This document shows, piece after piece, positions 30,941 through 41,984 of a DNA stretch of 64,000 nucleotides. Source of the stretch: Phormidesmis sp. GTDB lineage: Bacteria > Cyanobacteriota > Cyanobacteriia > Leptolyngbyales > Leptolyngbyaceae. Numbering within the stretch: the first letter of the stretch is position 1; the number at the start of each line of letters is the position of its first letter. The stretch covers positions 864,001-928,000 of the forward strand of contig CBDFJR010000002.1 in assembly GCA_965248535.1 (NCBI GenBank). The letters are read 5' to 3'. The notes under the pieces are model-generated. The model had not been told where the DNA came from. It saw only the letters and a list, made by a program, of their open reading frames with translations, and searched no databases. Both the position numbers and the translations under genes were made by a program.

Positions 30941-33900
30941 TTAAACGGGGGCGGGCGAATTCACCAGTTGCTCTAAAGTTCGCAGTAACACCTGCTCGTT
31001 ATAAGGTTTTGAAAAGTAAGCATTTGCACCCAGGCTCATCGCTAATTGACGGTGCTTTTCACTAGTGCGAGACGACAACATCGCGATCGGCAACCGCTCT
31101 AGATCAGGATTGGCCTTGAGTTTTGCCAAGAGACCATAGCCGTCTAGACGCGGCATTTCAATATCACAGACGATCGCCTGCACCGAGGAGCCAGTTTCTA
31201 AGCGATCGAGGGCATCTTGTCCATCTTTGGCTTGCTCGACTCGATAGCCTGCCCGTTCTAGCGTCAGGGCTAAAAAGCGCCGGACGTTAATAGAGTCATC
31301 AACCACCAAGATTGTAGCGGGTTGATTGCCCATCGCCGCCGATAAAAACGAGGTGGGAGTCGTTTCGAGGGACGGAAGACTGGGGATGGATGGCTCCGTG
31401 CGCCCATAGCTGGCGATCCAGCGCAGCAGTTCTGAGAGGTTGACCAGCGGCACAACGCGCCCGTTGCCCAAAATTGTGCAGCTACTAAACCCAGGCGGCA
31501 GGGGCAGGGTGCCATCGACGCGGCGAATGGTGGCTTCTTGCTCACCCCAGCAGCGATCGATTTGCAGCCCGACTCGCTGACTGCTGTGATTGGCAATGAT
31601 CACGCTCGTCGAGGTGATGGTGGGGGGCGTTTCAAACCCGTGGGGCTGGCGCGGACAGTTGAACTTGAGCCATTGCTGGAGCCGCACAAACTGCAAGATC
31701 TGACCGTGCCAGTTGAGCACTTCACTGCCTGCGGTGTGCAAGATTTGCTCTGGCTTGAGCAGCGACATTTCTTCAATCACTTCTGTCGGAAAGGCCAGCA
31801 GCATTCCGTTGCTTTCGACCAGCAAGACGCGCACGGTGGAGAGGGTGAAGGGCATCGAAAGCGTGAAGGTTGTGCCCAGACCTGCCTGGGTGTTGACCTT
31901 GATTTCGCCGCGAATTTGCTTGAGATTATTTCTCACGACATCCATGCCGACTCCGCGACCCGAAAGCGTTGTCACCTGATCGCTGGTGCTAAATCCGGGT
32001 TCAAAAATCAGCGAGAGCAGTTCTTCGTCACTGGCAGAGGCCAGCAGGGTGGGGTCGAGTCCCATTTGCTCGGCGCGACTGCGAATCTTCTCGATCGCAA
32101 TTCCTTCGCCGTCATCTCGGACGGTAATAATCGTGCGGCTGCCTTGATGAGTAGCGCGAATCTCGATCGAGCCTTGGGCAGGTTTGCCCCGCATCTGGCG
32201 CGTTTCAGCGTTCTCGATGCCGTGATCAAAGGCGTTGCGAAGCAGATGCATTAAGGGATCGTTGAGCGTTTCTAAAATATTGCGATCGATGAGGGTGCTA
32301 CTGCCTGCAACTTTGAGAGCGACTTGTTTGCCATGCTGAAGCGAGAGATCTCGCAAGGCCCGCGGGAAGCGATCGACCACATCCGACAGGGGCCGCATTC
32401 GCAGTTGAGAGAGTCCCGACTGGAGTTGTTTGGCGGTTTTGTTGAGCGATCGGGTGGTCTGTTCGGTGTCGTCTAAACTCAGTTCAATATCCTGGGTGAC
32501 TTCTTGAATTTGCACGATCGTTTCCATCACCTGTTGCGATAGCAAGTGAAGATCACTGTAGCGGTCTAATTCTAGTGAGTCAAACTCTGATTTTGGATTT
32601 TGGCTGGTGGATTTTAGATTTTTCTCTGTGTCATTGGCGTTCCCGTTGCTAGAAGTTCCCGCTAGCAGTTTTAGGGTTGATGGCGCGATCGAGAGTCCTG
32701 AGTCAGAACTAGTTTTATCGTAAACGTCTCGCATTTTATCACTGACACGATCGAGGGTTTTAACCCGATCGTGCAATTGGTGATTTAACTGACGCAGACG
32801 TTTGACATAGAGATCTAACCCATTGCGATCGATGGTCAATTCTCCAAACAAATCATTTAGCTGATTTAGCTGCCGCACCGGAACCCGAACGGTGGTATCT
32901 AAATCTTCTTCAGGGGGCGCGATCTCGCCATCTGATAGGTTCTCTAGCACTTTGAAGTCTGAGACCTGACTTTCTCTCAGGGGAGGTTTGGACGATCGGG
33001 CAGTCGGCTGAAATTCGGTATAGCCCTGATCATCCACTGCCACCGAGTCGGTTTCTAGCGCATCTACATACCAATCGGGCAAGGTAGACGCTGCGATCTC
33101 GTCAGGTGTCTCGCTTGAGAAATCTGGCTCAGTGGCCGCGATCTCAGCCCAATTCAATTCAGCATCAGCCGCCAAGTTAAAGGCTTCGAGCGTCTGATCT
33201 TCTTGGATGCCTAAGTCGGGAGCTAGGGCGATCGCTACAGGAATTTGATCATACTGCCCGATCATGACGAGGGCTTGAGCACGTCTCCACGATTGCAGGG
33301 CTGAGTCGGCGATCGCGCTGACTTCGCTAACCTCGGCCTCTAAACACAGCGTCACCGATGCACAGAGGCTGACAAAAGCAGGCAGTTGCAGCATTTCGCC
33401 CAAACCGCCCAACTCTTGGGCCAAGATCGTCAGCTCTTCTTGCAGGCAGGGCTGATTGGGCATTGCCAACACGCCTTCTAAGCGCTGGAGACAGCCTTCG
33501 ACCTCGGTTTCAAACAGCAGCGGCACGATATCTTGCCCGTCTTCCGGTGACAGCACCGACGCAGCATTTTCATCTTGGGGATCGCCCAACTGCTCGTGAA
33601 GCTGCTCAAACAGGGGGTCAACGTCACTGCTCAACCACTGGGGATCGATCTCCGTCTGGTGGCGATCGCACTCAATCACCCGCCGCAGCACATCAACTGC
33701 CGTTAGCAAGAGAGTTTCGAGATGAAAATCGACCGCGATCGCTTTCTCGACTTTGAGGACTTTAAATGAATCTTCTAGACGATGGGCGAGATCGCTCAAC
33801 ACCGAAAATCCCATCATTCCGGCTCCGCCCTTAATCGAGTGGATGGCCCGCAGCGCTGAATTTATTTTTTGAGGATCAACCCGATTATCTGCCAGACCGA

Positions 33901-33985
33901 TCAAGGCGGCATCGAGCGCATCCAGATACGCCTGCGCTTCATCGAGGAACTGGCGACGAATTTCAAGTTCCTTATCGTGTGACAT
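30941..33985 (-). CDS. CheA-like hybrid histidine kinase (PixL/PilL type)
   Basis: Hpt HSIKG, HLLRNAFDHGIE, SGRGVGMDVV, CheW domain, C-terminal REC (VVDDS, DIEMP). Confidence 0.95.
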   Translation of the reverse strand: MSHDKELEIRRQFLDEAQAYLDALDAALIGLADNRVDPQKINSALRAIHSIKGGAGMMGFSVLSDLAHRLEDSFKVLKVEKAIAVDFHLETLLLTAVDVLRRVIECDRHQTEIDPQWLSSDVDPLFEQLHEQLGDPQDENAASVLSPEDGQDIVPLLFETEVEGCLQRLEGVLAMPNQPCLQEELTILAQELGGLGEMLQLPAFVSLCASVTLCLEAEVSEVSAIADSALQSWRRAQALVMIGQYDQIPVAIALAPDLGIQEDQTLEAFNLAADAELNWAEIAATEPDFSSETPDEIAASTLPDWYVDALETDSVAVDDQGYTEFQPTARSSKPPLRESQVSDFKVLENLSDGEIAPPEEDLDTTVRVPVRQLNQLNDLFGELTIDRNGLDLYVKRLRQLNHQLHDRVKTLDRVSDKMRDVYDKTSSDSGLSIAPSTLKLLAGTSSNGNANDTEKNLKSTSQNPKSEFDSLELDRYSDLHLLSQQVMETIVQIQEVTQDIELSLDDTEQTTRSLNKTAKQLQSGLSQLRMRPLSDVVDRFPRALRDLSLQHGKQVALKVAGSSTLIDRNILETLNDPLMHLLRNAFDHGIENAETRQMRGKPAQGSIEIRATHQGSRTIITVRDDGEGIAIEKIRSRAEQMGLDPTLLASASDEELLSLIFEPGFSTSDQVTTLSGRGVGMDVVRNNLKQIRGEIKVNTQAGLGTTFTLSMPFTLSTVRVLLVESNGMLLAFPTEVIEEMSLLKPEQILHTAGSEVLNWHGQILQFVRLQQWLKFNCPRQPHGFETPPTITSTSVIIANHSSQRVGLQIDRCWGEQEATIRRVDGTLPLPPGFSSCTILGNGRVVPLVNLSELLRWIASYGRTEPSIPSLPSLETTPTSFLSAAMGNQPATILVVDDSINVRRFLALTLERAGYRVEQAKDGQDALDRLETGSSVQAIVCDIEMPRLDGYGLLAKLKANPDLERLPIAMLSSRTSEKHRQLAMSLGANAYFSKPYNEQVLLRTLEQLVNSPAPV

Positions 33986-34058
33986 GGGGGTTATGAGGGT
34001 GAAGGGTGAAGAATCGGGAACGAAAGATGCGGCGATCGCCGCCTTCATTGCCCAGGGT

Positions 34059-36866
34059 TTAGTTAACTTTGAAGGTGCCGACAGAGGACTGTAGCTCTTG
34101 GGCTACTTCGAGGGTTTGCCGCAGCGATCGTGACACCTGAAGCGACGAATCTGAGGTGCGCCCCGCGACTTCAACCACATCTTGCATCAAGCTCGTGACC
34201 GCTTGCGAAGTCTTAACCTGAGACACGGTTGCGTCAGAAATCGATCGCACCAGATCGTCAATCTGAACAGACACCGCTAGGATTTGCTCTAGACTTTGTT
34301 TGGCATTATCGACTAGGTGAGTGCCCTTAACCACCTGCGTAGTGCCCTCTTCCATCGCGTCTACGACTTCACTGGTTTCGCGCTGAATGGTGACCACAAT
34401 TTGCTCAATCTCTCGCGTGGCGGCCGCCGATCGCGCTGCCAACTCTCCCACTTCCTCAGCCACCACCGCAAAGCCTTGACTCTCTTCGCCCGCCCGCGCA
34501 GCCTCGATGCCAGCGTTGATGGCTAAGAGATTGGTTTGCAGCGCGATTTGATTGATCAGCGACACCACTCTCGAAATCTGCTGTGACGACTCGCCTAAGC
34601 GTTTGACCTTCTTGGCCGTGTCTCCGATCGTTTCTCGCAGGCTGAGAATATTTTGCACCGTCAGATCCATGGCGCTGCTGCCCTCTGCTGCCGTCTCAGA
34701 TGCAGTTCGGGCTACGTCTGCGGCTTGCCGAGCGCTGTCTGACACCGCCTGAATCGATCGCACCATCATCTCAACCGAGTTGAGGGTTCGGGTGGTTTCT
34801 GCGGCCTGCTGAGTTGCCTGCTCTGAGAGAGTGCGAACGGCTTGCTCATCGCTGCCCAGCGAGTCGTTGACCTGGGTGGCGGCTTGCTTCACCTGCGTCA
34901 CGACTTGCCGGAGGTTTTCGACGATCGAGTTAAAAAAGTCGGCAACGGTGCCAATGTCTCCGGCAGTCACATCAGCCCGCACGGTTAAGTCACCATGAAC
35001 GGCTCCTTCCACCTCTCCTAGCAAATTGAGCAACTGAAGCTGTAGATCTTCTTTCTGCTGACGGCGTTCTTCAGAGAGCGTTTCGGCTTGTTGACGCGAG
35101 TCGTTAGATTGTTGCAGCAGAAAAGCTTGATCAAGGGCAAACCCGATCTGAGTCGCGAGTTGAGCAAAAAAGTCAATCTCTTCGGGCGACCACTGACGAG
35201 TGTCAGAACATTGATGGGCGCAAATTAACCCAATTAATTCCTGGTTACGTAAAATCGGCGCAACGATGTTGGCTTTGACTTCTAAGCGCTCTAAAATCTC
35301 ACAGTGACAGCGGGTGAGATCAGCCGTTTGCACATTTTCAACGGCCCAAACGCGACCCGTGCGGTAGCGATCGACATCGCCCGGCCCTAAGGGATCTTCA
35401 ACAATTTTGCCCATCGCCTTGACCCAACCCGGCGCAACTGACTCAGCCGTGATCGAGCCGCTCAACCAATCGTCATGAAAGCGGTAAATCACGACGCGAT
35501 CGACTTTGAGAAACGATCGCACTTCTGAAACGCCCGTTTGCAGAATATCGTCAAAGTTAAGTGATTTTCTGACGGTGACAATCAGGTTACTGAGTAACTG
35601 AGTTCGCGTTGCATTATCCGTTTGTCGCTGCAATAAATCTTGCAGTTGCTCTGCCATGTGATTGATATTAGAACCCAGGCTGGCAATTTCATCATTTCCG
35701 ACGACATTAATGCGAGTTGTTAGCGTTCCTTGCCCTAATTTTTCGACGGCCTCGGTGGCCTCTAAAATGGGGCGAGTGGCCCGCCGAGCGATCGTGGCCG
35801 CCAAAGCACCCACCAACAGCGTGGTAAATAAAGTTCCGATCGCCAGGGTTGTTGCTAGCCCTCGTTGCGGAGCAAACGCGGTAGCGGTGTCAGAGGCTAG
35901 CATTACCTCCCAATCGAGAGAGGGCAACCCTGCTAGATTCATCGGGGGGGCATAGCTCACTAAGGCGCTAGCTTTGCTAGTCTGATCAACCGTCACAAAA
36001 CTGCCGATCGCTTTAGCCAATTGCAGTCGCTCTAAGCCCGGAAACCGCGATCGTGCCGCTTCTTTTAGCTGCTTATTTCCGGTGGCGAGAAACAGCTTTC
36101 CGGTTGAGTCGGCCACGCTATAGTCTCTGCCATAGGTCTGAAAGTCTTGAATCACATCTTCTAAGCGCTGAAGCGGAATCACCGTGCGAACGATGGCGAT
36201 CGTTTTGCCCGTGACGCTATCTCTAACAGGCGCTGCAATATAGATCGCGGCATCTTTTTCTAGCGTAGAGGCCACATTTCGCTCGATATAAGGGCCATCT
36301 CCTCTAGCAACCGCCTGAAAGTAGGCTTTATCGCGCTGGTTGGGTAGCTTTGCGCCCTTGGATTGCAGCATGGGATTGCCGTCTAGATCCAACACTGCGA
36401 CGCTCTCATAAATGTTGTAAGACTCTACAAACTGGGTCAGCACCGCTTGCTTTTCTTCAAGGGAGGTGATTTCTTTAACCTTGGCGCTACTCAGCACGGG
36501 CAGCCGGGCTAAAACTTGTGTGTCTGCATAGCGATCTAACATGAATCGATTCAGTTTGTCTGCTAGCCCAACGGCGCTGGCTTGCTGCGTCGTGATGATC
36601 TGCTCTTTGACCGCTTTGTCTGCAAAGTAGTAGGAGATTGCGCCGATGCCTAACACGGGCAGCGTTCCGATCGTCAGGGCGATCGCGGTGGCTTTAGTTC
36701 TCAACGTTGCCCGCTTAACCCTAGAGACTGAGGCATTCGACTGGCTGGGAGAAGAATGGGTCGTGTTGGCGCTCGGTGCTAAATCGAGGTTGGGGAGTTG
36801 AGAGGAATTCAACACTGGAGCCGACGCAGGAGCGCTGTTTTTTGCGGTGTTAATCTGATCAACCAT
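34059..36866 (-). CDS. PixJ-like MCP with Cache, HAMP and cyanobacteriochrome-like GAF
   Basis: Cache sensor between TMs; GAF with CH bilin-attachment motif (TRCHCEIL); [17 protein letters not shown]. Confidence 0.9.
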   Translation of the reverse strand: MVDQINTAKNSAPASAPVLNSSQLPNLDLAPSANTTHSSPSQSNASVSRVKRATLRTKATAIALTIGTLPVLGIGAISYYFADKAVKEQIITTQQASAVGLADKLNRFMLDRYADTQVLARLPVLSSAKVKEITSLEEKQAVLTQFVESYNIYESVAVLDLDGNPMLQSKGAKLPNQRDKAYFQAVARGDGPYIERNVASTLEKDAAIYIAAPVRDSVTGKTIAIVRTVIPLQRLEDVIQDFQTYGRDYSVADSTGKLFLATGNKQLKEAARSRFPGLERLQLAKAIGSFVTVDQTSKASALVSYAPPMNLAGLPSLDWEVMLASDTATAFAPQRGLATTLAIGTLFTTLLVGALAATIARRATRPILEATEAVEKLGQGTLTTRINVVGNDEIASLGSNINHMAEQLQDLLQRQTDNATRTQLLSNLIVTVRKSLNFDDILQTGVSEVRSFLKVDRVVIYRFHDDWLSGSITAESVAPGWVKAMGKIVEDPLGPGDVDRYRTGRVWAVENVQTADLTRCHCEILERLEVKANIVAPILRNQELIGLICAHQCSDTRQWSPEEIDFFAQLATQIGFALDQAFLLQQSNDSRQQAETLSEERRQQKEDLQLQLLNLLGEVEGAVHGDLTVRADVTAGDIGTVADFFNSIVENLRQVVTQVKQAATQVNDSLGSDEQAVRTLSEQATQQAAETTRTLNSVEMMVRSIQAVSDSARQAADVARTASETAAEGSSAMDLTVQNILSLRETIGDTAKKVKRLGESSQQISRVVSLINQIALQTNLLAINAGIEAARAGEESQGFAVVAEEVGELAARSAAATREIEQIVVTIQRETSEVVDAMEEGTTQVVKGTHLVDNAKQSLEQILAVSVQIDDLVRSISDATVSQVKTSQAVTSLMQDVVEVAGRTSDSSLQVSRSLRQTLEVAQELQSSVGTFKVN

Positions 36867-36967
36867 GAGATAACTCTCTTAACCGAATAATGAATTGGGT
36901 AGAACATGATGCACACAACCTGATGTTGAAAACCTGATGTTGAAATTAAAACGGCAGCGTCAGAAAT

Positions 36968-37465
36968 TTAATGCCCCTGCAAAACAGGAGACTGCACAAT
37001 CGCTTCGGCATCTAACGCTAAAAGAATGTCTTGGGACTGCACAATGCAGCCGCGCAAATAAGGAACTAAATGGGTCGCCATGTGAGGCGGTGGCGGTTGC
37101 ATCCCGTCGGGGGCAACCCAGAGAATGCCTTCTACCTGCCGCACCGCCACGGCGACGCTCATGGTGTGAGTGCGAAGAATCACTAAATCGTATTGCTGAG
37201 GGCTGGGATCAAGGGCCCCGATCGCCAGCATTTTGGCCAGATCCATCACCCAAAGCACGCGGCTGCGGCGATTGGTGAGTCCTAACAGGCAGGCAGGCAT
37301 GATCGGCATGGCGGTCAATCGGTGGGGCGGCAAAACCAGCACTTCTTGCACCTGCTTCATTAAAAACGTTGCCTGAATGCCGCGACCCAACTCAAATTTG
37401 AGATGAGCCTCTCCGGTGGCTTGCTGCGATCGGGTTGACGTGAGTGTGAGAGCCGAAGAAACCAT
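36968..37465 (-). CDS. CheW-like adaptor (PixI type)
   Basis: MPxMPACLLGLTNRRSRVLWV.DL; operon position. Confidence 0.9.
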   Translation of the reverse strand: MVSSALTLTSTRSQQATGEAHLKFELGRGIQATFLMKQVQEVLVLPPHRLTAMPIMPACLLGLTNRRSRVLWVMDLAKMLAIGALDPSPQQYDLVILRTHTMSVAVAVRQVEGILWVAPDGMQPPPPHMATHLVPYLRGCIVQSQDILLALDAEAIVQSPVLQGH

Positions 37466-37468
37466 TGT

Positions 37469-37846
37469 TTAGCCTCCTACTGAGCGAACGGCGCGCACCA
37501 ACTGTTCTCGCGTAAAGGGTTTGGTGATATAGACATCGGCCCCTTGCCGCATTCCCCAAAGCCGATCGATCTCTTGCCCTTTTGACGAACAAATAATGAT
37601 CGGCACTTTTTCGGTTGCGGGATGTTTTTTAAGACTGCGACATAGCTCAAAGCCACTCATGCCAGGCATTACCACATCGGTGACAATCACATCGGGTTTA
37701 AGCTCGATCGCTTTATTGAGCGCCTCTTGAGCACTAATCGCATTGATCACGGCATATCCACTTTCTCGTAGATAGTGACTGAGCAATTCCATTTCTGAAG
37801 GTGTATCTTCAACGACTAAAACAGTTCGCATTAATGTTAGGCTCAT
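37469..37846 (-). CDS. CheY-like response regulator (PixH type)
   Basis: VVED, DVVMP, DRLWGMRQGA..YITKP. Confidence 0.93.
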   Translation of the reverse strand: MSLTLMRTVLVVEDTPSEMELLSHYLRESGYAVINAISAQEALNKAIELKPDVIVTDVVMPGMSGFELCRSLKKHPATEKVPIIICSSKGQEIDRLWGMRQGADVYITKPFTREQLVRAVRSVGG

Positions 37847-37895
37847 GATCCTTAATCTGCGTGAAAGAGTTAGAAAAGCGTTGAGGATTGAATAG

Positions 37896-38960
37896 TCAAG
37901 TGAGATGCTTAAACACTGCCTTTAGCAATTCTGATTGTGTAAAGGGCTTGGTTAAATATCCAGAAGCTCCTGCTAATTTTGCTTTAGCGCGATCGATAAA
38001 CCCAGTGTGGCCAGTGACCATAATGATGGGCGTGTTTCTAAAGTTAGGATGCCGTCGCAGTAGAGAACACAACTCATACCCATCCAGATTTGGCATTCCG
38101 ACATCAAGCAAGATCACGTCTGGTTTACTTCGCATCACCTGCATCAGTGCCTTAACAGGATCGTTGATCATCAGCACCGAAAAACTATCGTCGTCTAAGA
38201 AGCTGCTAATAGCTTGCAAAATTGTGGGACTGTCATCAATGCAGGCGATCGTATAGGAGGTTTTTGGGGCGACCTCAGGCGCGGCAGGTTTTGATCGATT
38301 GGGGGCAACGATCGCGGCCAACTGTCTAGCCGTTTGGGATGGCTCAACGGCACTAGGGGCAAGGCGATTTGCTCCTTCTCGCAGTGAGTCAGGGCTTTGA
38401 GTTTTGGCAGCCGTTGGGTAACCCGTTGGCTGCTGCCGTCGCCGACTGTGGCAATATTCCACGATCGTACGCAAATCAAGCTGACAAAGCGCGGGATAGT
38501 CGATAAAATCCTGCGGGTCAGTGATTTCATACATCCCCTCGGTAACGTTCAAAAAAGCCTCTATGACTTCTTTTGCTAACGCCTCGATCAGTGAAGTGGC
38601 TTGCGAGCGATCGAGACCGTGGTGCTCAACCAACCAGCAAATCGCTTGATAATCAGCGCTGGGGGCAGGGTGGGTTGCCGATGTGCCTTCAAAGCGCGAT
38701 CGGGCCTCAGCCCGCATTTCATCGGTTAGAGCAGAAATCTGAGGGTGAAGTTGATGCATATGACGATCGAGACGCTCAAAGGGATCAGTCGAGCTAGTAG
38801 CAAAGCACAGCTTGCCATAGTTGAAATAGATCAACCAAGAGGTGTCTCCACTGACCACTTCTAGACATCCGTTGATGTGACGACTAATTAACTGTGCTAA
38901 CAAACTCAGGGGTTGCAAGCGTTGAAACGGTTTTGGGCTAACCATAGAAATGGTGTTCAT
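37896..38960 (-). CDS. PatA-type response regulator (PixG type)
   Basis: N-terminal PATAN-like domain plus C-terminal REC (CIDDS, DVGMP, GFIDRAKAKLAGA). Confidence 0.9.
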   Translation of the reverse strand: MNTISMVSPKPFQRLQPLSLLAQLISRHINGCLEVVSGDTSWLIYFNYGKLCFATSSTDPFERLDRHMHQLHPQISALTDEMRAEARSRFEGTSATHPAPSADYQAICWLVEHHGLDRSQATSLIEALAKEVIEAFLNVTEGMYEITDPQDFIDYPALCQLDLRTIVEYCHSRRRQQPTGYPTAAKTQSPDSLREGANRLAPSAVEPSQTARQLAAIVAPNRSKPAAPEVAPKTSYTIACIDDSPTILQAISSFLDDDSFSVLMINDPVKALMQVMRSKPDVILLDVGMPNLDGYELCSLLRRHPNFRNTPIIMVTGHTGFIDRAKAKLAGASGYLTKPFTQSELLKAVFKHLT

Positions 38961-40109
38961 GGATGAATGGTTCTCTGGCTTAGTGCAAGCGATCATCATG
39001 AGATAGACAAAACTTTGCTGCTTAATCGACGATCGTCTGATCACAAACCAGACTGATTGAGGTAGCAAACTTTTAGTCGCCTAGCAGCAAAAAACAACCA
39101 ACACCCTGATATAAAACCTAATAGAAGTAGCTATTTAGAGCGATCGAGAGTTTTTATGGCTCGATCGTGGTCAATCTGTCAAAATCCGCCAGATTGCGAG
39201 AGTTTTTTGATTAAACCTGCTCAGACTCACCTTGCGTCATCTGATCGCTTTCTCGCTGTTTAGAACAGTTAACTTGATTAAGCACCTCCTTAAATTGCAA
39301 ATGACTCAGGTTGCTCTCAAGCTTGAAGACGCTGTTAGGTTTCGCCCCAGATCACGCCACGTCTTTTTTAGTGATCAACCTCCAACGTTTGAACTTGTGA
39401 ATAATCGCGGACAAATGCAAGTTTTGTCACAATTCACCAGTTATTAGACGGATCAGGATCTCAGTAACGAATCTCACCCCTAGGTTACTGGTTACTTCCA
39501 CAAATAACAAGCGCTTATCCTGACGACAACCCTCAAAAAATGTAGTCCATATCACTAATGTTTTATTCTTTAAGGACTTGCTTAACTTGTGGTTCTTTCT
39601 GTAAGTGACTTCTAAATTTTCTCTTGACACTAATATACTTGTTCTCACTCATCAATTGGGATGGACAACTGCTATAAAACTGCCGCAAAAAATAAGCTTC
39701 TTCAGTGTTCTGAAGTATTAAAAAGCATCCGTATTTGACAAGCAGTTTCACCAGTTCATTGAGAAAATCTCTCAAAAATCGATTTAGAAGTATCATTTTT
39801 AACATCATTCACCAACTTAATCGCTAGTCAAAAATGATACGTCACATCTGCTGAAAGGTTGGGTGTAAATCGCGTTGGGTAGGAAGAACGATCGCTCGAT
39901 CTAGCTGCCTTTGCAATCTCAGCCAATTGACCGATCATTCTCCGCAATAGTCGTAGGGTTAGTCGTGGCACGATCGCCGCAATTGTTTTTGTATCAGAAT
40001 CTGTAGAAAAATTAATTATTGCTGCGGTTTTAATCTGTTGGTTACGATTTTTTGGTAAAAAATCAGCTATCGATGCCGTCAAAATATAAACTTGCGAGGA
40101 GAAAATTCT

Positions 40110-40370
40110 ATGATTACGACCTTTTTGCTAGCTGCGGCCCCTAGAACGTTAGAGTGGACCCCGACAGTCGCGCTCGTTATGATCGCGTGCAACATTTTAG
40201 CGATCGCGTTTGCCAAATTCACCATCAACAAACCCAGCGCCCCCCCGGCCATGCCCTCTCCTAATATGTTTGGTGGATTTGGTCTGCCCGCCGTGATTGG
40301 CGCAACTTGCTTCGGTCACATTCTCGGAGCAGGGACAATCTTAGGACTGTCTAACATGGGTGTGCTCTAA
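40110..40370 (+). CDS. psaK: Photosystem I reaction centre subunit PsaK
   Basis: WTPTVALVMIACNILAI...FGHILGAGTILGL; GAGGAG RBS. Confidence 0.93.
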   Translation: MITTFLLAAAPRTLEWTPTVALVMIACNILAIAFAKFTINKPSAPPAMPSPNMFGGFGLPAVIGATCFGHILGAGTILGLSNMGVL

Positions 40371-40398
40371 CCCTACGCATTGCTGATCGTTTGCAACG

Positions 40399-40427
40399 AG
40401 TCAGAGAAGCCGTTCTCTGACTTTTTT
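40399..40427 (+). terminator. Intrinsic terminator after psaK
   Basis: AGTCAGAGAA / TTCTCTGACT stem plus T-run. Confidence 0.75.
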
Positions 40428-40545
40428 ACGACTCTAAATCCGTTCTAGGCTCGTTGGCGGTTGCCGTAGAATGTGGGAAAGTAAAGCCAAGCATATTCCA
40501 CAACCCCGTGGGTAAGCGGTTCCGTCGTTATCTGCTTAAAGAACC

Positions 40546-41850
40546 GTGCAATCAACCTATCTCGAAACATTGCAGCAAGCCCAAACCGCCGCCGATCGCC
40601 AAGACTGGGCAGCCTTCAACCACTATTTGCAACCCTTGCTAGGAGAAGCGTTATCTGGTTCTCCGGCTCAGGTTTCACCTGCGCTCTTGGCCCTGGCGCT
40701 GCAAAGTTTAGAGTCAGGAGACTTTCAAGACCGCTGGGATGTCGCTAAACTCTTTCCCAGCTTTGGCGATGCCGCGATCGTGCCCCTGCTCAATCTGCTT
40801 CGAGATCAAGACGCTGACTCAGAAGCGCAGTGGTTTGCGATTCGCATCTTAGGCAGCTTTGACCATCCCGAAGTCGCGACAGCGTTGGTTGATCTGCTCA
40901 AAACCTCCAATAATGAAGAACTCAATAGCATGGCAGTTACCGCCCTTGCCACGATGGGCAGCGGCGCGATCGCGATTCTCACCGAGTTGATCGATCAAGA
41001 CCAGACTCGACGATTAGCAACTCAAACGCTGGCTCAAATTCGCCGACCTGAGACGGTGCCCCTGCTGCAAAAAGTCGTCAATGACAACGATGCTCAGGTG
41101 CGGGCAACCGCGATCGAAGCTCTCAGCAGCTTTCACAACCCAGACATTTCAAACTGCTTAATTCAGTCCTTGACAGATCCCGCAGCGATGGTCAGACGAG
41201 CCGCCGTGACCGGGCTTGGCTTCTGCGGTGCTGAGGTGACAGACCTAGATTTGGTGTCTCATCTGCGCCCGCTCTTGCTCGATCTGAACTTGGAGGTGTG
41301 TAGGCAAACCGCGATCGCCCTCGGTCGATTAGGCACCCCGGCAGCCACCAGTGCGCTGTTTCAAAGCCTGCAATCACCCAACACTCCAGAGTTTTTAGCG
41401 ATCGAACTGATTAGAGCCTTGGGCTGGGTTGGCACCTCAGAAGCCCTACACTGTTTGCAGCGATCGCTGATTCAACTGCCGCTTGCCCCATCTGTTCGTC
41501 AAGAAATATTAACTGTGTTAGGGCGAGTCGAGCAGCCTGATCAAAAACATCAGGCAACCCAAATTTTGCTCGACCTGCTGCAACGAGAAGCCACGTTTGC
41601 GCGATCAGCTTCAGCCCGCCAAGCGATCGCCCTCGCCCTCGGACAGCTTGGTGATTTAGCGGCACTCAATCCTCTCATTAATCTCCTGGCAGATCCGCAG
41701 GTGAGTGTCAGATTGCATGTGATTTCTGCCCTCAAAATCCTGGCTCCCGAAGCGGCTCATCAACGCCTAGAGCAACTAGTTCAAAGTGAAAACTCCGGCT
41801 CAGAATTAGGACGCGGCGTGGCGATCGCTCTTAAAGAGTGGCAACGTTGA
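40546..41850 (+). CDS. HEAT/PBS-lyase repeat protein, probable NirB-like (by synteny with ntcB-cnaT)
   Basis: Repeated VR..A..ALG motifs; GDFQDRWDVAK; directly upstream of ntcB. Confidence 0.75.
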   Translation: MQSTYLETLQQAQTAADRQDWAAFNHYLQPLLGEALSGSPAQVSPALLALALQSLESGDFQDRWDVAKLFPSFGDAAIVPLLNLLRDQDADSEAQWFAIRILGSFDHPEVATALVDLLKTSNNEELNSMAVTALATMGSGAIAILTELIDQDQTRRLATQTLAQIRRPETVPLLQKVVNDNDAQVRATAIEALSSFHNPDISNCLIQSLTDPAAMVRRAAVTGLGFCGAEVTDLDLVSHLRPLLLDLNLEVCRQTAIALGRLGTPAATSALFQSLQSPNTPEFLAIELIRALGWVGTSEALHCLQRSLIQLPLAPSVRQEILTVLGRVEQPDQKHQATQILLDLLQREATFARSASARQAIALALGQLGDLAALNPLINLLADPQVSVRLHVISALKILAPEAAHQRLEQLVQSENSGSELGRGVAIALKEWQR

Positions 41851-41910
41851 CCAATCACCCCGAAAAATCAGGGTCAGGTTCAAAACTGGCCGATCCTTTA
41901 GCCGCAACCT

Positions 41911-41952
41911 GTATCAACTCTTACTAAAGTTTTCGACCAAATTAGTTAAGGT
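41911..41952 (+). promoter_or_regulatory. NtcA-activated promoter of ntcB
   Basis: GTA-TCAACTCT-TAC (41911-41924), 22-nt spacer, TAAGGT -10 box (41947-41952). Confidence 0.8.
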
Positions 41953-41984
41953 CACTAAATAAGTGTCGTCTTCACTACAAATCC

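Noticed and set aside
31538..32254. 238-aa antisense ORF inside the CheA gene and many similar shadow ORFs (e.g. 15023-15499, 2016-2384)
   Set aside because: Fully overlap conserved genes on the other strand or frame and show no recognisable motifs
39232..40082. Short ORFs in the AT-rich gap
   Set aside because: No motifs, atypical composition, overlapping on both strands
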